Positions 1-13,216 are shown, counted from the first letter of the stretch. The stretch is 64,000 nt of DNA from Callorhinchus milii (GCF_018977255.1 NW_024704742.1:6140001-6204000), one strand, 5' to 3'. Notes: generated by a model not told the origin, from the letters alone. Numbers and translations: made by a program.

Positions 1-740
1 TGGGTTAAAACAGGATTTGGCTTGACTGCGATGTTCCCCATGGTCAAATAACCTGCTCACACACACGTCATAGTCACCTATGAGGTGTTAATATGAATCA
101 GGAGAGGATGAAACAGGAGGCTATTTTAAAAAGTCTACCTCAGACGTGTGATGACGTTATTTCGAAAACGAATTTATTTGTGCAAAAATATTGTTTGCCT
201 CTAAATACAGTCACCGCACTTTGCAGCAAATTCCCGTGAAGCACTTTGAGACATTTCGATGATGTGTCAAGGCACTGTCTCAAATGCAGAAATGATTATT
301 CTTATTATTAACTTCAATTACTTTACAAGTTTGCTTGCGATTCCAGCCACAGGATACTGTTTGTAAGTTGCTTTGATGTTGAGAAACCAGCACTGTAAGG
401 GTGATATGGGTGTATCTGTGTTGTAGAGGAAGATGATTAAAAAAAATGTAACACTGTGGTATAATTTGTGACATTTGTACAGAAAATTGTTTTGCTAAAT
501 TTCAACCCGGGGTTGTGAATATCAAAAGAGGCTTAATTTTCATGAATTGCAGTATAATTAATGGATAATTCTGACAGTGACAGAAAAGCTGACAATGTTT
601 CAAAAATTGACCAGGAATTCAGGACCATTCTGCTTCTGAGGAGCTCCACTCAATGCTTTTCTAGGTAATGGCTCCCCCTTTTAGCGGATAGAATCGGTTC
701 GTTCACTTCATTGCTATTTGCAGGAGAATGCTATGCAATG

Positions 741-1150
741 TGTCAGCCTTGCTCACTCTCTCTTTCTGAGTCAGAAGGTTGTGGGTTCAAATCTCTTGAG
801 GGTTGAACTCCCATAGTCTTAAGCTGCCACTCCGATGCAGTGCTGGGGGATGTGTTGCATTGGCAGCGTTGCTATCCTTTGGATGAGACGTTAAACTGAA
901 CAGGCTGTTCAGGTGGATGTTAAAGATTATTCAAAAAGAGAAGGGAGTCTCTCTCTCCCAATGTCCTGTCCAATAAATCCCCTAAATAAAATTCATCGCT
1001 TACTCCATGGTAGTTTGTGGAACTTCGCCTGCTGCACTCACCCACAAAATACGCAGTCAATTCACTTTAAAGCATATCCTGTGAAGCGGTTTGAAAGATC
1101 CTGACAACGTGATAAGGCGCTTATCAAATGCAAGGATTATTATTGTTATG
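741..1150 (+). mobile_element. Old tRNA-derived Deu-domain SINE (SacSINE1-like), near full length
   Basis: Head 'tgtcagccttgctca...ctgagtcagaaggttgtgggttcaaat', Deu core 'ggatgagacgttaaactga...caggtggatgttaaagat', tail 'gtgaagcggtttgaaag...gataaggcgc...aaatgcaaggattattatt'. Confidence 0.8.
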
Positions 1151-2172
1151 ATGTCAAAACAGAGTGTCATGTTTGCCTCCAAATAAACAGTCACTGCACT
1201 TCAAATTAAAATATTGCAAAGTGCTCTGAGACGTTTCCATGACATGATAAGACTCTGTACCAAATGTAAGGATTATTAATATATTTTTATTATCAAAACA
1301 GCATTGATCAAAGAATCGCGCACCGTTAATAACTAATTCGACAGTGAACCGCTTGAGGTTGGTTGTTCTATTCAAGCAATCACTAGAAGAGCAGTTCACA
1401 AACTGCAAGTTACGCACAGGCATTGTGGAGAGTTAGAGGAAAGCTATTTGGATAGTTGACACTGGAAAGAAACCTACTGTAGGCAGCAATGTCGTAACGT
1501 TGCCTTTTTATTCCCCCCCAAAAAGAATTGTTTTAACGCAGCTTTGAGCTCAGATGCCAGCTTTAAAATGAAGCTCGACAAAGAGAGGCGACTTCCAGGT
1601 TGACGGTTTGCTGCTGACATAATTTCTCTGTGTGCTCGATCCAAAACTACAATCCTTCACAGGGTGACTTTCTGGTGCTCTCTGACGCGGAGCGCACCAG
1701 AGCAGCACGCAGGTAGTGACACCCTAGAAGGTGACAGTCGGTGTTAGCTTGGGAGGCCGGCCAGTCCATTTCAAAGTATTCCAGACGCCCGGCCACAGGA
1801 CACCTGCGTTAACAGCAAACTCATGCTCTAGTAAGACACGTAATAACAGGGTTGCCCTGTGTGCTGCATTAGGCAACGTCTATGTCCTCACCACAGCTGG
1901 TTTGCATTGTGAGGTTTAGACCAGAATGGATTCTAATCGGTTTGACCCTCCATAAAATACTTTTTTTTTCTCTCCGACTAGGATAAAGGCATTGCTCTCT
2001 GGCCGCGTGTTTGAAGTGGTACAATGATAGTATAATGATAAAACTTGCGTTCGATACAGCGCCTCGTCACAACTTCGAGACGTCTCAAAGTATCCCCTCC
2101 TACCCTCTGTCTCCCACCCCGTTCGAGCTTCCACTGCATCTTTGTAAAGCACTTTGGGATATTTAACTGTGT

Positions 2173-2530
2173 GTGTCAGCCTGGCTCAGTTGGTAGCACA
2201 CTTGCGTCTTAAGTCAGGAGGTTGTGGGTTCAAGGTCCATGTTGGGACAGTGAATCTATATGGTTTCAGTCGACGCTCCAATGCAGTCCTGAGGATGTGC
2301 TACATTGTTGGAGGTGCTGTGCTTTGATGAGATGTTAAGCAATGTTCCTGTCTGCATATTCAGGTGGACATTGAAGATCCCAAGGCACTATTTAGAAGAG
2401 AGTTTCTCCCAATGTCCTGGCCAAAAGCACATCCCCCCCCCACCCCAAATAAAATTGGTCATGGGTGTATGTGGAGACATTGCTGCCCCAAATCAGCTGC
2501 CACATTCGTCCCCAAAATATACAGTCATTA
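2173..2530 (+). mobile_element. SacSINE1-like Deu SINE (3' truncated)
   Basis: 'gtcagcctggctcagttggtagcacacttgc...gggttcaag' A/B-box head and Deu core 'caggtggacattgaagatcccaaggcactattt'. Confidence 0.75.
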
Positions 2531-4189
2531 TTTTAGGCTCTTTTTTAAAAGGTGCTGTACGAGTGTCATTGATTTTGTGAAGCTCCAATTAATGCAACCT
2601 TTGTTGGACGCACTAGAATCCACCCAAATCGGGACAGAGTGAATAAATCTCTGGGTGAATGCGGAAAGCAACACATAACCCAGTGGGTAATCCTCCAGTT
2701 GTTTATTTCCTTACTCCCAGGGGTGGAATGGGTACATCAGAAATCTGGCAATTTCCCGAGTGCCCCCATGAATGGCTGCCAATCACCAGTTCAGAAGTTC
2801 CGAGTTTGTTTTTTTAAACAAGCAGATGTTTTATGCTTTTTGCCTCTCCCTCCATGAACCAGCTCTCCCGTTTTACCTGTCAATCGCAAGGCTTTTCGGG
2901 GGCTAGTCCGTCACTACTTGCTCCACTCCAACTGGCTCTTGCACCACTGACTATCTTTATACCGTTGGTTCAGTCCACTTTATCCTATTGAGATCAAAAA
3001 CAAAAGTGTGAGAACTGACTGTGTGTGCTTCTGAATCTGCGTATAAAGTACAGTATTATGTTGGGATTGTGAAGTTGTCATACTGAGAGACAGTGGTCTT
3101 TCCGATTAATCCTGTGCGGATTTGAACTGTGCGCGTGATTTCAACACCAGTTCCCAGTATAACCATGGCATTGGATTGCTGGGAAGAAAGAAGTTTGTAC
3201 CTTAAGCCAAACAACTTGGCATTAAGCGTTGTTTTGTTCTGTGAACGTCCATCCTCTATCTCAAAGGTTCTTTCCAGAAGGTTTAGGAGATTTAACATTT
3301 TTCTTCCATGTTCAAATCTTCTTTCCACATGTGTTTGTAAATCACAGTGACCTTAACTCTTCTGATGCAAGTTCCTGGCTGCCTGATTGGGAGGAAACCA
3401 GCATCAAAAGATTAACGTCACCACGTAAGACAAACCAACCTTGGGTGGAAAAATGTACAGTACTTTCAAAATGAAATGCCAGATAAAATGGTCTTTGATA
3501 AACTACCTCATTTACGAACAAACATTTCACAATGAGGTTATCGTGGGAGGGAAGCTTTGGCAGGCATTTGGAGGCATCAAAAAAAGGGAAGCAATTACAT
3601 ATTTGATCATATTTGCTCTTCAGGAGAATTTGCACTTAATAATAATAATCAAAATCCTTGCATTTGATATAGCACCTTATCAAGTCTTCAAGACATCTCA
3701 AAGCGCTTCAGAGAATATACCGTAAAGTGAATTCACTGTATATTTTGTGGTTTTCCCGATTTGCTGGTGTGTAAAGACAGATGCTGGGAGCGAAGAGTAG
3801 GTTTTCTGAGGGGATTCACTACACATCTTGTTTTGTTGTTGTTGAGTTTTTTTTAAGTTTACAAAGCTCCTGGAGACGTTCCTCTTTGACAGTGTCTACG
3901 GTCACTCCCCCACCCCAAACCCCCATCCCTTTCTCCCCGGCTCGGTGTCAAACAACGCCATTGTTAAGCACGCCGAGATACCACCTGGTGTGAAGGTCTA
4001 TATAAATGCGAGTTGTTGCTCTACTTACTGCCTTGTTGTTGCTTTAACTGCACATGTGTTTAGTGGCAAATGCTTTGTTACTCATCCTTAACTTGTAACA
4101 AATCTGTTTTGTGTTCATACACTGAACACACACACGCACACGCACACTTTCTCTTCTCAATTCCTGCCAAGCATTTTCCAGAACATCAT

Positions 4190-4475
4190 TTGTAAATCAG
4201 TGACAACCTTAGGATTGTGCTTGAAATTAAATAGGACGACCATCTTTGTGAAAAGAGCTACTAGAAAACTGAATGGTTTGCTCCAAGTGGCAAGTGAAGC
4301 TAAAACCGCAACAGCATTCAAGTGAGAACTGGATAAGTATTTGAAGGAAAAAAAATAATACGAAAGGCTTTGTGGAAAGAGTAGGGAATCGGGATTAGTG
4401 CACATAGGTCCAGATGAGGAGCTGGCACCAGTATAGGCAATGGGATGAATAGCCATGTCTATGTTGCAGCTTCCT
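4190..4475 (+). mobile_element. Old CR1 LINE 3' end
   Basis: 'gcattcaagtgagaactggataagtatttgaagg...gaatagcc' resembles the CR1 ORF2 C-terminus (FK..LD..L) plus 3' UTR. Confidence 0.55.
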
Positions 4476-4743
4476 TTAATACTATAATTTTTTATAATTT
4501 CATGAATGCAACTCAGAAATTAAAACAAAATGATGGTTATTTGGAGCTTCATGGAGGAGGCCTTACACATCAATAGTAAATACTGCAGTAATGTTCCCCA
4601 TTTCCTTCTTAATCCCTCAGACTAGTCTAATTAATTGGTCTGCAGTCTCCTAATGTAATTTTGCTGCTATTGAAATCCTTCTCTTTGCAAACGGTGCGAA
4701 AAGATCTTTGACGTCCACCTGAACAGGCAGATGGGACCTTCGT

Positions 4744-5100
4744 TTAGCTTAGTGGTTAGAGCACTCGCCTCGCGAGCAAGATGACCTGGGTTTGATGCTG
4801 AGCAGCGCAAAATGTTAGGCAAGTTTCCTTACTCCACACGTCACTGTTTACCTTGCAGTAAGTAGGAACCTGGTTGTTAGTCGATTGGCAGATTACTTTT
4901 CCAGGGGTAATCATCCCTACAAAAGAATAATAATTTGTTCACTCAATCCACGACAGTTTGTGGGACGCTGCTGTGCGCAAATGGCTGCCACATTTTGCCC
5001 ACAAAATATATTCAATTCACTTTACAGTACATTCTGTGAAGCGCTTTGAGACATCTCGAAGATGTGATAAGGTGCTATATCAAATGCAGGGATTATTATT
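4744..5100 (+). mobile_element. Young tRNA-Ala-like/CORE-like SINE (CmiSINE/SINE2-1_CM-like), nested in an older - strand Deu SINE
   Basis: 'tagcttagtggttagagcactcgcctcgc...ggcaagtttccttactccacacg...gcgctttgagacatctcgaag...gattattatt'. The flanks rejoin as Deu-SINE 'gggaccttcgttta|...tgtctcatccaagga'. Confidence 0.85.
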
Positions 5101-7567
5101 AATCATGTCTCATCCAAGGAGGGCCACAGATTAATAGCATTTGAATATCCACAAGTCGTAATATTTTCATCAGCAAGATTCAATTCAAATGTAATAATTG
5201 TCCTTCTGTTTCGTGTAGCACCTACACATTAAAATGTCTGAAAAGTAATTACGGCAAAATGTAGTGACTGTTTATTTGTAGGAAATTTGCAGGCAATCTC
5301 AGCAGCTGATTTGCACACAGCATTACCTCTAAAGCAGCTGGGAAATAATAATCGATGCATTTGATATAGCACCTTAACACACAGTCGAGACGTCTCAACC
5401 TACTTCAAAGGATTTTACTGGGAAGTAACTATAGTGACTGTATTTCTACCTGCTCCCCCCCCCCCCCCCCCCCATCCCCACACACTTTCCAATACTGAAT
5501 TGAAGTGTCAGCCCAGGCTGTGAGTTCAAAGTACTGACGTGGGGCTTGAACCCTTAATCTTCTGACACGGCAGTGAGAGTCCTACCAACTGAGCCAGCCT
5601 GACAGGTTGAGATTAGAGATTGAACCTGTGACCTTCCTCGTCTGTATGGATCATTTCAATATTGGAGAAGTACCTTCACTCGCGGAGCTCAGTTATTCCA
5701 TTGGCAAATCTTTTAAAGGTTTGCTTTGCTTTGATTGAACATGTAATGAAATGATTTTATTCCAACCGATGAGGATTCATCCAGTTTTGGGCGTTATGTC
5801 CTGGTACGTGATGTCTAGATCAGATGCAGAGTTAACTTCTCCCACAAACCACACAGTCACTCCCCTCCACTATGAAGCACTTTGAGACGTCCTCCTGATG
5901 TGAAATTACTATACCAAAGTATACCAAACGTAAGGATTATTATTAATAGCAATTAACCATTAATTATATAATAAATACATATCACTGCTAATAGTTAATA
6001 AATATCTTAATAATAATAATTTTAGCGTTAAAGTTTATGCAGTAAATCAGAAAAAAATTGCTTTAGTTGCATTAACAGTCCCGGTTAAAACAAAATCCAC
6101 ACACACAAGACATTGCAGGAGAGCAAATCATACATAACAATGCTCTGGTCAGTAAGGCCAATACAATGCACCTGTCTGTTTAATTTATTGCTCCATTATA
6201 AAGCAGGACTTTTTAATGAAAACACTACATCTTGATGCAAAAAACACAATATAAATGTAAACATTTGTAACCTCATTGGTGCTGTTTCAAAATGCAAGCT
6301 TCTGAAAGTACAATTATTTACACAGCACTTTAATAAAATGAACTTGTGCTCTTAGAAACTCCTGATCAAACAGAATAAAGGTGGACCAAGCCGGGTCGTG
6401 GTGCTTAATGTTAAGATTGATACAGTCCCCTCAGCAGACTGTGCACATTCAGCATTCAGCAATCTCTAACATACACATCTTGACTGATGAGGTGCAGTAC
6501 ATGTACATAGTTTGCCTCAGTGTCTACTTTTAACAGAAACGTTTTGTCTGTTTGACAGTTGAGCAGATGCCAGCAGCCCCCCGGTATCTCGCTCAAGCAT
6601 CCAGTGAATGTTGGCAGCCTCTTTCACTGTGGAGGGTCTCGGAAACCAAGTCTTATCCTGGCCCTTTCTGATACCCAACACACTGATCACTGCGTAGTGT
6701 TCAGGAGTGGAAACTCTTGCCTAAATCCTCACCTTCCTACCTCTTGGACAATAGGGTCAATTGCAGTGAGATTAATCAATCCAACCAATTTAGCAGAGTT
6801 TAGGAATGGAGCCATTCTCTATACAGTTTAGTATAACACTAGTCAGTGCCTTTACTCCATCATCCCAACCCAGGAATGTTAATGAATGCCGTTATATTAC
6901 GGAACTTGAATTTGATATAGCCAACAGTGACAATTCAATGGTTGGGAAAAGTCCTCGCTGGCCAGAGGCAGTGAAAATTGTTTCATTTACCTGAACAGGT
7001 TGGCTGGGACGGTGCAGCTCACCTGTGTTCAAACCACACGACTCGGGAAAATACTTTCAAATGAAATTGTCTTTGGATCCCCTGCTGGCTTTAGAGGCAC
7101 TGGTCAAAAGTCTCATCGTTTGTTAGTGCCCATGACCTCTGGCAGCTCAGTGCTTGTCACCAATGTCAAAGTTGCTGTGCCAACAATGGGGAATGCGAAT
7201 GAGTTGGTAGAACTTGCAGTCTATAGAGATGGTCTTTGCTATGGGCTCACAGCTGCAGGTGTGAGCCCGTATGCATACGCATGCCCACATACACACACAC
7301 ACATTATTTGTTAAGACTCTTTGTCCGTACATGGCTAGTTGCTGTTGACTTTTTTGTAGTCAGTCGAGACACTGTCCAGGTTACAGCAGTGGTGGCCAAC
7401 ACATGATCCACAGGCTGGAAGTGGCCTGACGAACACTCACACCAGTCCAGGGGAGTCTTTTCTAAATCAATGCCTTGTTTCCTGTACCTACCGACCAGCA
7501 ATGCCCATGGCACAGCCATAAATTTGCGCACACCAATGTCCCGCAAACAATCATGAGTAGTGGACAG

Positions 7568-7945
7568 TGGAAGTCCTGTAGCTCAGTGGTTAAAGCACTC
7601 ACCTCACAAGCGAGAGACTTGGGTTTGATTCCCAGGTAGGGAGAAAAGTTGGGCAAGTTTCCTTACTCCACACGCCTCCATTTACCTAGCAGTAAGTAGG
7701 AACCTGGTTGTGAGTCAATTGGCGGATCACTTTTCCGGGGGTAATAATTCCTTCAAAATAATTGAAAATAATTTGGTCACTCAATCCGCGACTGTTTGTG
7801 GGACACCGCTGTGTGCAATCGGCTGCCGCATTTCGCCAACAAAATATACAGTCAATTCACTTTGCAGTATATTCTGTGAAGCGTTTTGAGACGTCTTGAA
7901 GACGTGATAAGGCACTATATCAAATGCAAGGATTATTATTATTAT
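7568..7945 (+). mobile_element. Full-length young SINE (CmiSINE-like), nested in a - strand Deu SINE
   Basis: Complete head 'gtcctgtagctcagtggtt...gggtttgattccc', body and (TTA)n tail. Deu-SINE pieces lie at about 7505-7560 and 7946-8052. Confidence 0.9.
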
Positions 7946-8917
7946 ATGAAATGAATGATCATTTTTATCTGGGGGAATGCTGAATAGAACACTGTGCCAG
8001 GCTCTTTAACGTCTACCTGAACGACCGATATGACCTCAGTTTAACGTCTCATAACTTTAGTTATTTTTTATCTTTTTATCTCCATCAAACAAATTGTGTT
8101 ACCTGTGTGAAAGGAAGGTCGAGCTTTGAAGGAAGGAAAGGATTTATTCTTCTGTCCTCCCTTCCCTGATCCTAGCTTAAGATCGCAGCACATCTGAGCC
8201 CAGTCAAATCCTAGAACAGCTCAGATGGGTTTGACTGTGACTGTAGGCAGCAGCGACCTTGTCTTTCTTTCCTGCCTTGCCTCCTCAGACAGCCGGCACG
8301 GGGTCCAAAACCGCCTTCGTAGGAAGCCGTGTAAGCAAACAAATGGGCACGTTTCTGGGCCAGATGCCACTATAGTCAGGAACTGCGACCTTAGGAGAGG
8401 TAAGGAGGCGCATAAGAAAAAGGCAATCAAAAGGCTGAACCGTGAGCAACCTGGAGATGCGAATGCGAATCCCTAGTGTTGACTGATGTTCACACTAAGG
8501 TTTCCCCTCTAGGGGATGATTGCCAGCCAGTGCGGTGTTGTCTGAGGGAAATCCTGGAACAGGATGGGCTACTTCCTGAGGAGTATCCCATATGAGTCTC
8601 TTCTGGCAGCGTGGCTAACGTTCAGTGCCAACATGTGGAGATGCCTATGAGTTGCGCTATTCTGGTCTGTCGTGGATCATAGATTTGGGGTAATTTCATC
8701 CGGAGAGAAAAAAAAGGGAGAAAAAGAAGAAACAAATAGTTAGGAGGACATTTATAACTAAAAGTTCACTCCAGTCCCTACCAAAACAGAAAGTTAAAGG
8801 AGAATGGCATTGGCAGTGGTATATAAAAGCAGTTGTCGCTGGAATACATACCAAAAAACAAATTACAGTCTGTTATCACTCTTATGCTGTGCTTGTCCCA
8901 GTTGTGTGAATTGAAGG

Positions 8918-9297
8918 AGTAATAATATATAATAATCCTTGCATTTGATATAACGCCTTATCACGTCTTCTAGATGACTCAAAGCGCAGAATATACTGTA
9001 AAGTAAATTGACTGCATATTTTGTGGGCAAAACACGGCAGCCAATTGCGCGCATTAGTGTCCCACAAACAGTCATGGATTGAGTGACCAAATTATTTTCA
9101 TTTATTTTAAAAGAAATATTACCCCTGGAAAAGCGATCTGCCAATCGACTTAACAACCGGGTTCCTACTTACTGCTCGGTAAACAGAGGCGTGTGGAGTA
9201 AGGAAACTTGCCCAACGTTTTGCGCTGCCTGGGAATCAAACCCCGGGCCTCTCGCTTGCGAGGCGAGTGCTCTAACCACTGAGCTACAAGATTCCAC
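8918..9297 (-). mobile_element. Full-length young SINE (CmiSINE-like)
   Basis: Reverse complement of the 7568-7945 family, from 'taataatccttgcatttg' to 'aaccactgagctacaagattcc'. Confidence 0.9.
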
Positions 9298-10859
9298 CAA
9301 TTCAGAGCAGACTGAATGACTGTCCCATATTAACTTGGCTCCATTCATGCAGTGCTCCGTGTGTTATCATCACAAAGCTGGTAAAATGGGATCTCGAGAA
9401 GTGCACCTGTTAACATGTGATTGTCACATCTCAATGACTTGCTACTGGCAGTGCTCTGGAACACACAATTCCACACCCCTGGTAAATCACATGTACGAGA
9501 CAGTCCATGAGCAATTTGCCCCCTTTTGAAATCTTATAATAATAATAATAACCCTTGCAAAGCTGCTTCATAATTGTTCCACTGCTGTTTTGTTCCATTG
9601 TTTGCCAGTATTCTCTGCCCGAAGGCCCCGTCTATTCCTGGTCTAGGACCCATCCCTCCCGTTCTCATTCCTCATCACACGCCGGGCAGTGAGTGTCAGC
9701 ATCCCATTTGACTGAAGAAGCGCTTTCTAGCAAGGACAGTGATCAGGAGTGGGAACACTGGCCTATTCACTCGAGACACCGAGGCCAGTTTTATAGGGCC
9801 TTTACTGCTGCTGCAGCTGAGATCAATCAGTCTGCAGGATTGTTGACCAGAACATCGGGAGAAATTACCTTCTCTTTGTTAAGTCGTGTCATGACATCTT
9901 CACGACAATAGCTTACACTTACATATGGCTCTTCACGCAGGGTAGTCTATCCACTATCCAAGTAGGACCTCAGTTTTAACACATCATCCAAAGGAGGCAG
10001 TGTTGCCCCAAGTAATGCACTGGAGACTATGAGATCAAGTCCCAATTTGGGGCCAATATTGAACCCACCACCACCTGTGCACTTGTTGGTGCCTTTACTC
10101 CCTACGCTGCTGGCAGAAGCCTTATTTAATTTACCAGTAAGAGATGGTAATGGTCATCTTTTATTTTTCTTACCCCCTTTTGAGCAGGCAAGTCATTTCA
10201 AAATTGTTCAAGTTCCATTTGGCACATGCGTCCGATCGGAGGGCGAGTATCTGTTCGTTTGGGGTGGGTGTGGTGGTGGGGTGGGGTGGGGGTGAGGGTA
10301 TGGAAAGAATGTAAAAACTGGTAAAGTAATGTATCCATTGAGTTGCTTCACAAGATCCTTATATTAACTGAGAAACTGTTGTCATTCTTGCATGTGCATT
10401 AATTGCCATTAATTGCCATTCTGTATAATGCGTGGTTTAGAAACTGGAGGGAGGATTAAGATCTGACCTTAAATGGCATTTCTGTCGTACGTCATGCTGT
10501 CAATGTTATTGAATGTTAGTACAAAGGGAATGAAATTATACGTTCAATCTCTTGCATAACACATACGACCACTATTTGTAGGAATTAAAAGCAAGCATGA
10601 GGGAAAACGATAATTCGGCGATTTAATTTGAACAAACAACAGTCTATTCGCTCCTCCTATCTGTGCATGTTGTTGTTACGTGATCGGTGTGTGTACCAGG
10701 ACCATTCTCTGTTGACTCCAGAATCCATATCCTGTTTCAGCACAAGTTCTGAAGCCATTGATTCAGGCTGGTTCTTGTAGCCTGCAGCGTTTAGATTTTT
10801 TTTTAAAAAAAGGATCAATTTTGAGCAATTCTGGACGTGACAAAAGTGATTTTGTTTTA

Positions 10860-11303
10860 CTATTAATAATAGTAAAGATAATAATCGTTTGATACACCTC
10901 CTCATCATCATGTTGTCGAGACGCCTCAAAGCGCTTTACAGGATACACTGTAAAGGGGTGTAACCGCGTGTGTTTTGTGAGCAAACGTGGCAGCCAATTT
11001 GTGGACAACACCCTACAAACAGCCACGGAGTGACTGACCAATTTTATTCGGGGGATTGTTGGCCAGAACACTGGGATAAACTCCCTTTACTTTTTGAATG
11101 GTGCCACGGGAGCTCTAACATCCACCCGAACAGGCAGACGGGACCTCGGTTTAACATCTCAAGGATGGCACCTCCGCCAATGCCCCAGCACTGCATTGGG
11201 CAGTCAGCGTAGATTATATGGGTTCCAAGCCCCGACACAGGGCTTGACTCGACAACCTTCTGACTCGAGAGACAAGAGTGCTAGCAAATGAGACGAGCTG
11301 ACA
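10860..11303 (-). mobile_element. Full-length SacSINE1-like Deu SINE
   Basis: Reverse-complement Deu core 'ctttgaatggtgccacgggagctctaacatccacccgaacaggcagacgggacctcggtttaacatctc' and head '...aaccttctgactcgagag...gagctgaca'. Confidence 0.8.
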
Positions 11304-11389
11304 TAAATGACATGCGATACAATCCTTTCTACCTGTAAACAGTCCCTTCTTCATCCAACCGCCTTGTGATCCAGTGAACAATCTTGCTT

Positions 11390-11535
11390 GGTGCTACCCC
11401 CTCTTCGCTCCCTCCCTTCCCTCCCCTCACCCTGACCATTTCCCCCCTGCTCGGGTCTTGACCCAACTGTACAGCGCCTTGGGACGTCCTCCCGACGTGA
11501 AAGGCGCTCTACAAAATGGAATCTTGTTGTTGTTG
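11390..11535 (+). mobile_element. L2 LINE 3' terminus
   Basis: Pyrimidine-rich 3' UTR, then 'tgtacagcgccttgggacgtcctcccgacgtgaaaggcgctctac...(ttg)n'. Confidence 0.75.
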
Positions 11536-12254
11536 TGGTGCAGGAGTGCATCAGCCTCAATGTATTTATCAAGTCAGTGGGTTTGTTTTTGTTCATTGTT
11601 TCCAGATTGGGGGCGGTTGGGGTAGGTGGGGGCGGAGGAAGGAGTAAGATTTAAATGAGTGCTAGTCTCACGTCACTTTAGTTTTGTGCCTCACAGGCCC
11701 ATCACCGGACAGGACACTAGACTGATGCAATGATATTATTATAATAATAATCCTTGCAGCTTTTGATATCGTCCAAATGTCTTAAAAGTGCTTCATGGGA
11801 TTTTAATTTAAAGTGTCTTTGTAGGTGAATGTTGCTTTGAAACTCATTGAGGCCTTTGCACAATGGCATTGTCTCACAAAATGGAAACCTTTCCTGAGTA
11901 TTCTGCAAGCGTCTATAAATCCTAAGAGCTCCTTCCTAACATTAGCACGCTATCATCTTAATAATAATAATAATCATAATTCCTTTTGATATAGCGCCTT
12001 ATCATGTCTTCGAGACGCCTCAAATATTTTTGATCTATATTTTAGCAGTGGTCAGTGATTGCTTTCCTGTGTGGATGTGGTGTTTTAAGATCCTGTTATC
12101 GGTATTTATATCAGTAGTTTGTGGGATCAGGATCAAGGATGATAGGATCAGGAAGTGTTCAAATAAGACAAAGTTGGGACTCTTTTGCACTGACTCTTAC
12201 AGTGGGCGAGTAATTCGCTTGGGTCTCTTTGCCTCCCTTTTTCTCATTACCAGC

Positions 12255-12670
12255 ATCAGCCTAACTTAGTTGGTACCTCTCTCAACCTTGTGAGGGAGAA
12301 AGTTGTGGATTCAAGAAGCGCTTTAGCAGTTTGAGCTCATCGGCGAGACCGAGACTCCAGCTTTGGGGGCTGCTGCAGTATCTCATCCTTCAAGTGGGAC
12401 ATTAAACCCGAGGTCCCGTCTTGCTTTTTCAGGTGGACGTTAAAGACCCCTTGGCACAATTGAATAGAACATTGGAGTTGTTCCTGGTGTCCTGGCCATC
12501 AATCTTCCAGATGAAATTGATTATTCACAGCATGGTTGTTTGTGCGACATTGCTGTAATGCATGTTTGGCGCTTGCCTTCGCTGCACTCTCCAGTAAATT
12601 CCGTGAAGGACTTGAGAGGTTTCAACAATGTGAGAAGGTGCAATGTCAAATGGAAGGATTCTTATTAGGT
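12255..12670 (+). mobile_element. Old SacSINE1-like Deu SINE
   Basis: Degenerate head and 'ttaaacccgaggtcccgtc...caggtggacgttaaagacccc...cctggtgtcctggcca' core. Confidence 0.7.
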
Positions 12671-13216
12671 TATAACTCCGCAGAAGTGTTTGAGGCATTT
12701 TGACATGATAAGGGCCCATATAAAATTCTAGGATTATTACTATTATTTTCACCTTGGATAATGCAGTGGCAGGTGGAATTAGGGTATGTGGTATTGCCTG
12801 ATAGACTTCTTAACACAGTCTGCCAAAGCTGCAGTACTCCATGGAGAGATCCCGGCCTTGCCAGTACTCAGACCATGATTAAATAATCTTTTGTTTGGTA
12901 AGCCTGAGAGGCAGCGGAAAATCATAGATTTTCTAGCTTAATCGTCTTCCAGCATCAATTAAGTGCCTTAGTTGCTGTTTCCAGCTGTGTTGTTGCTGAC
13001 TGCTTTTTTTCCACTTCGAGGAAAAATTGCAACTTTTATTTTGGACGGGCGAGCGAGTAGTCTGCACCCCTGAAACATCGGCGTTGCCCCTGACGAAATG
13101 TGCGTGTAAATGTTATTATCAGAAGGGCAAAACTGGTCTCTGTCGCTCAAAATTGCCACCGCCACCAACAACCTGCATTCATATAGCGCCCTTCTTGCCG
13201 GATAGAGTCTCGGAGG

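Noticed and set aside
2718..2949. Possible hAT MITE (caggggtg...caccactg); similar weak ends at 1658-1862
   Set aside because: TIR match is only about 9/12 and there is no target-site duplication.
3461..3510. 'cag|tactttcaaaatgaaatgcc' and CQIKWSLI faintly recall the TCF7L1/2 YLQMKWPLL exon that LEF1 lacks
   Set aside because: Needs a frameshift, has no polypyrimidine tract or matching donor, and the similarity is too short to exceed chance.
6483..6530. CTGATGA motifs (also near 20355, 47613, 59780, 61540) as possible hammerhead cores
   Set aside because: No correctly placed stem II and GAAA partner.
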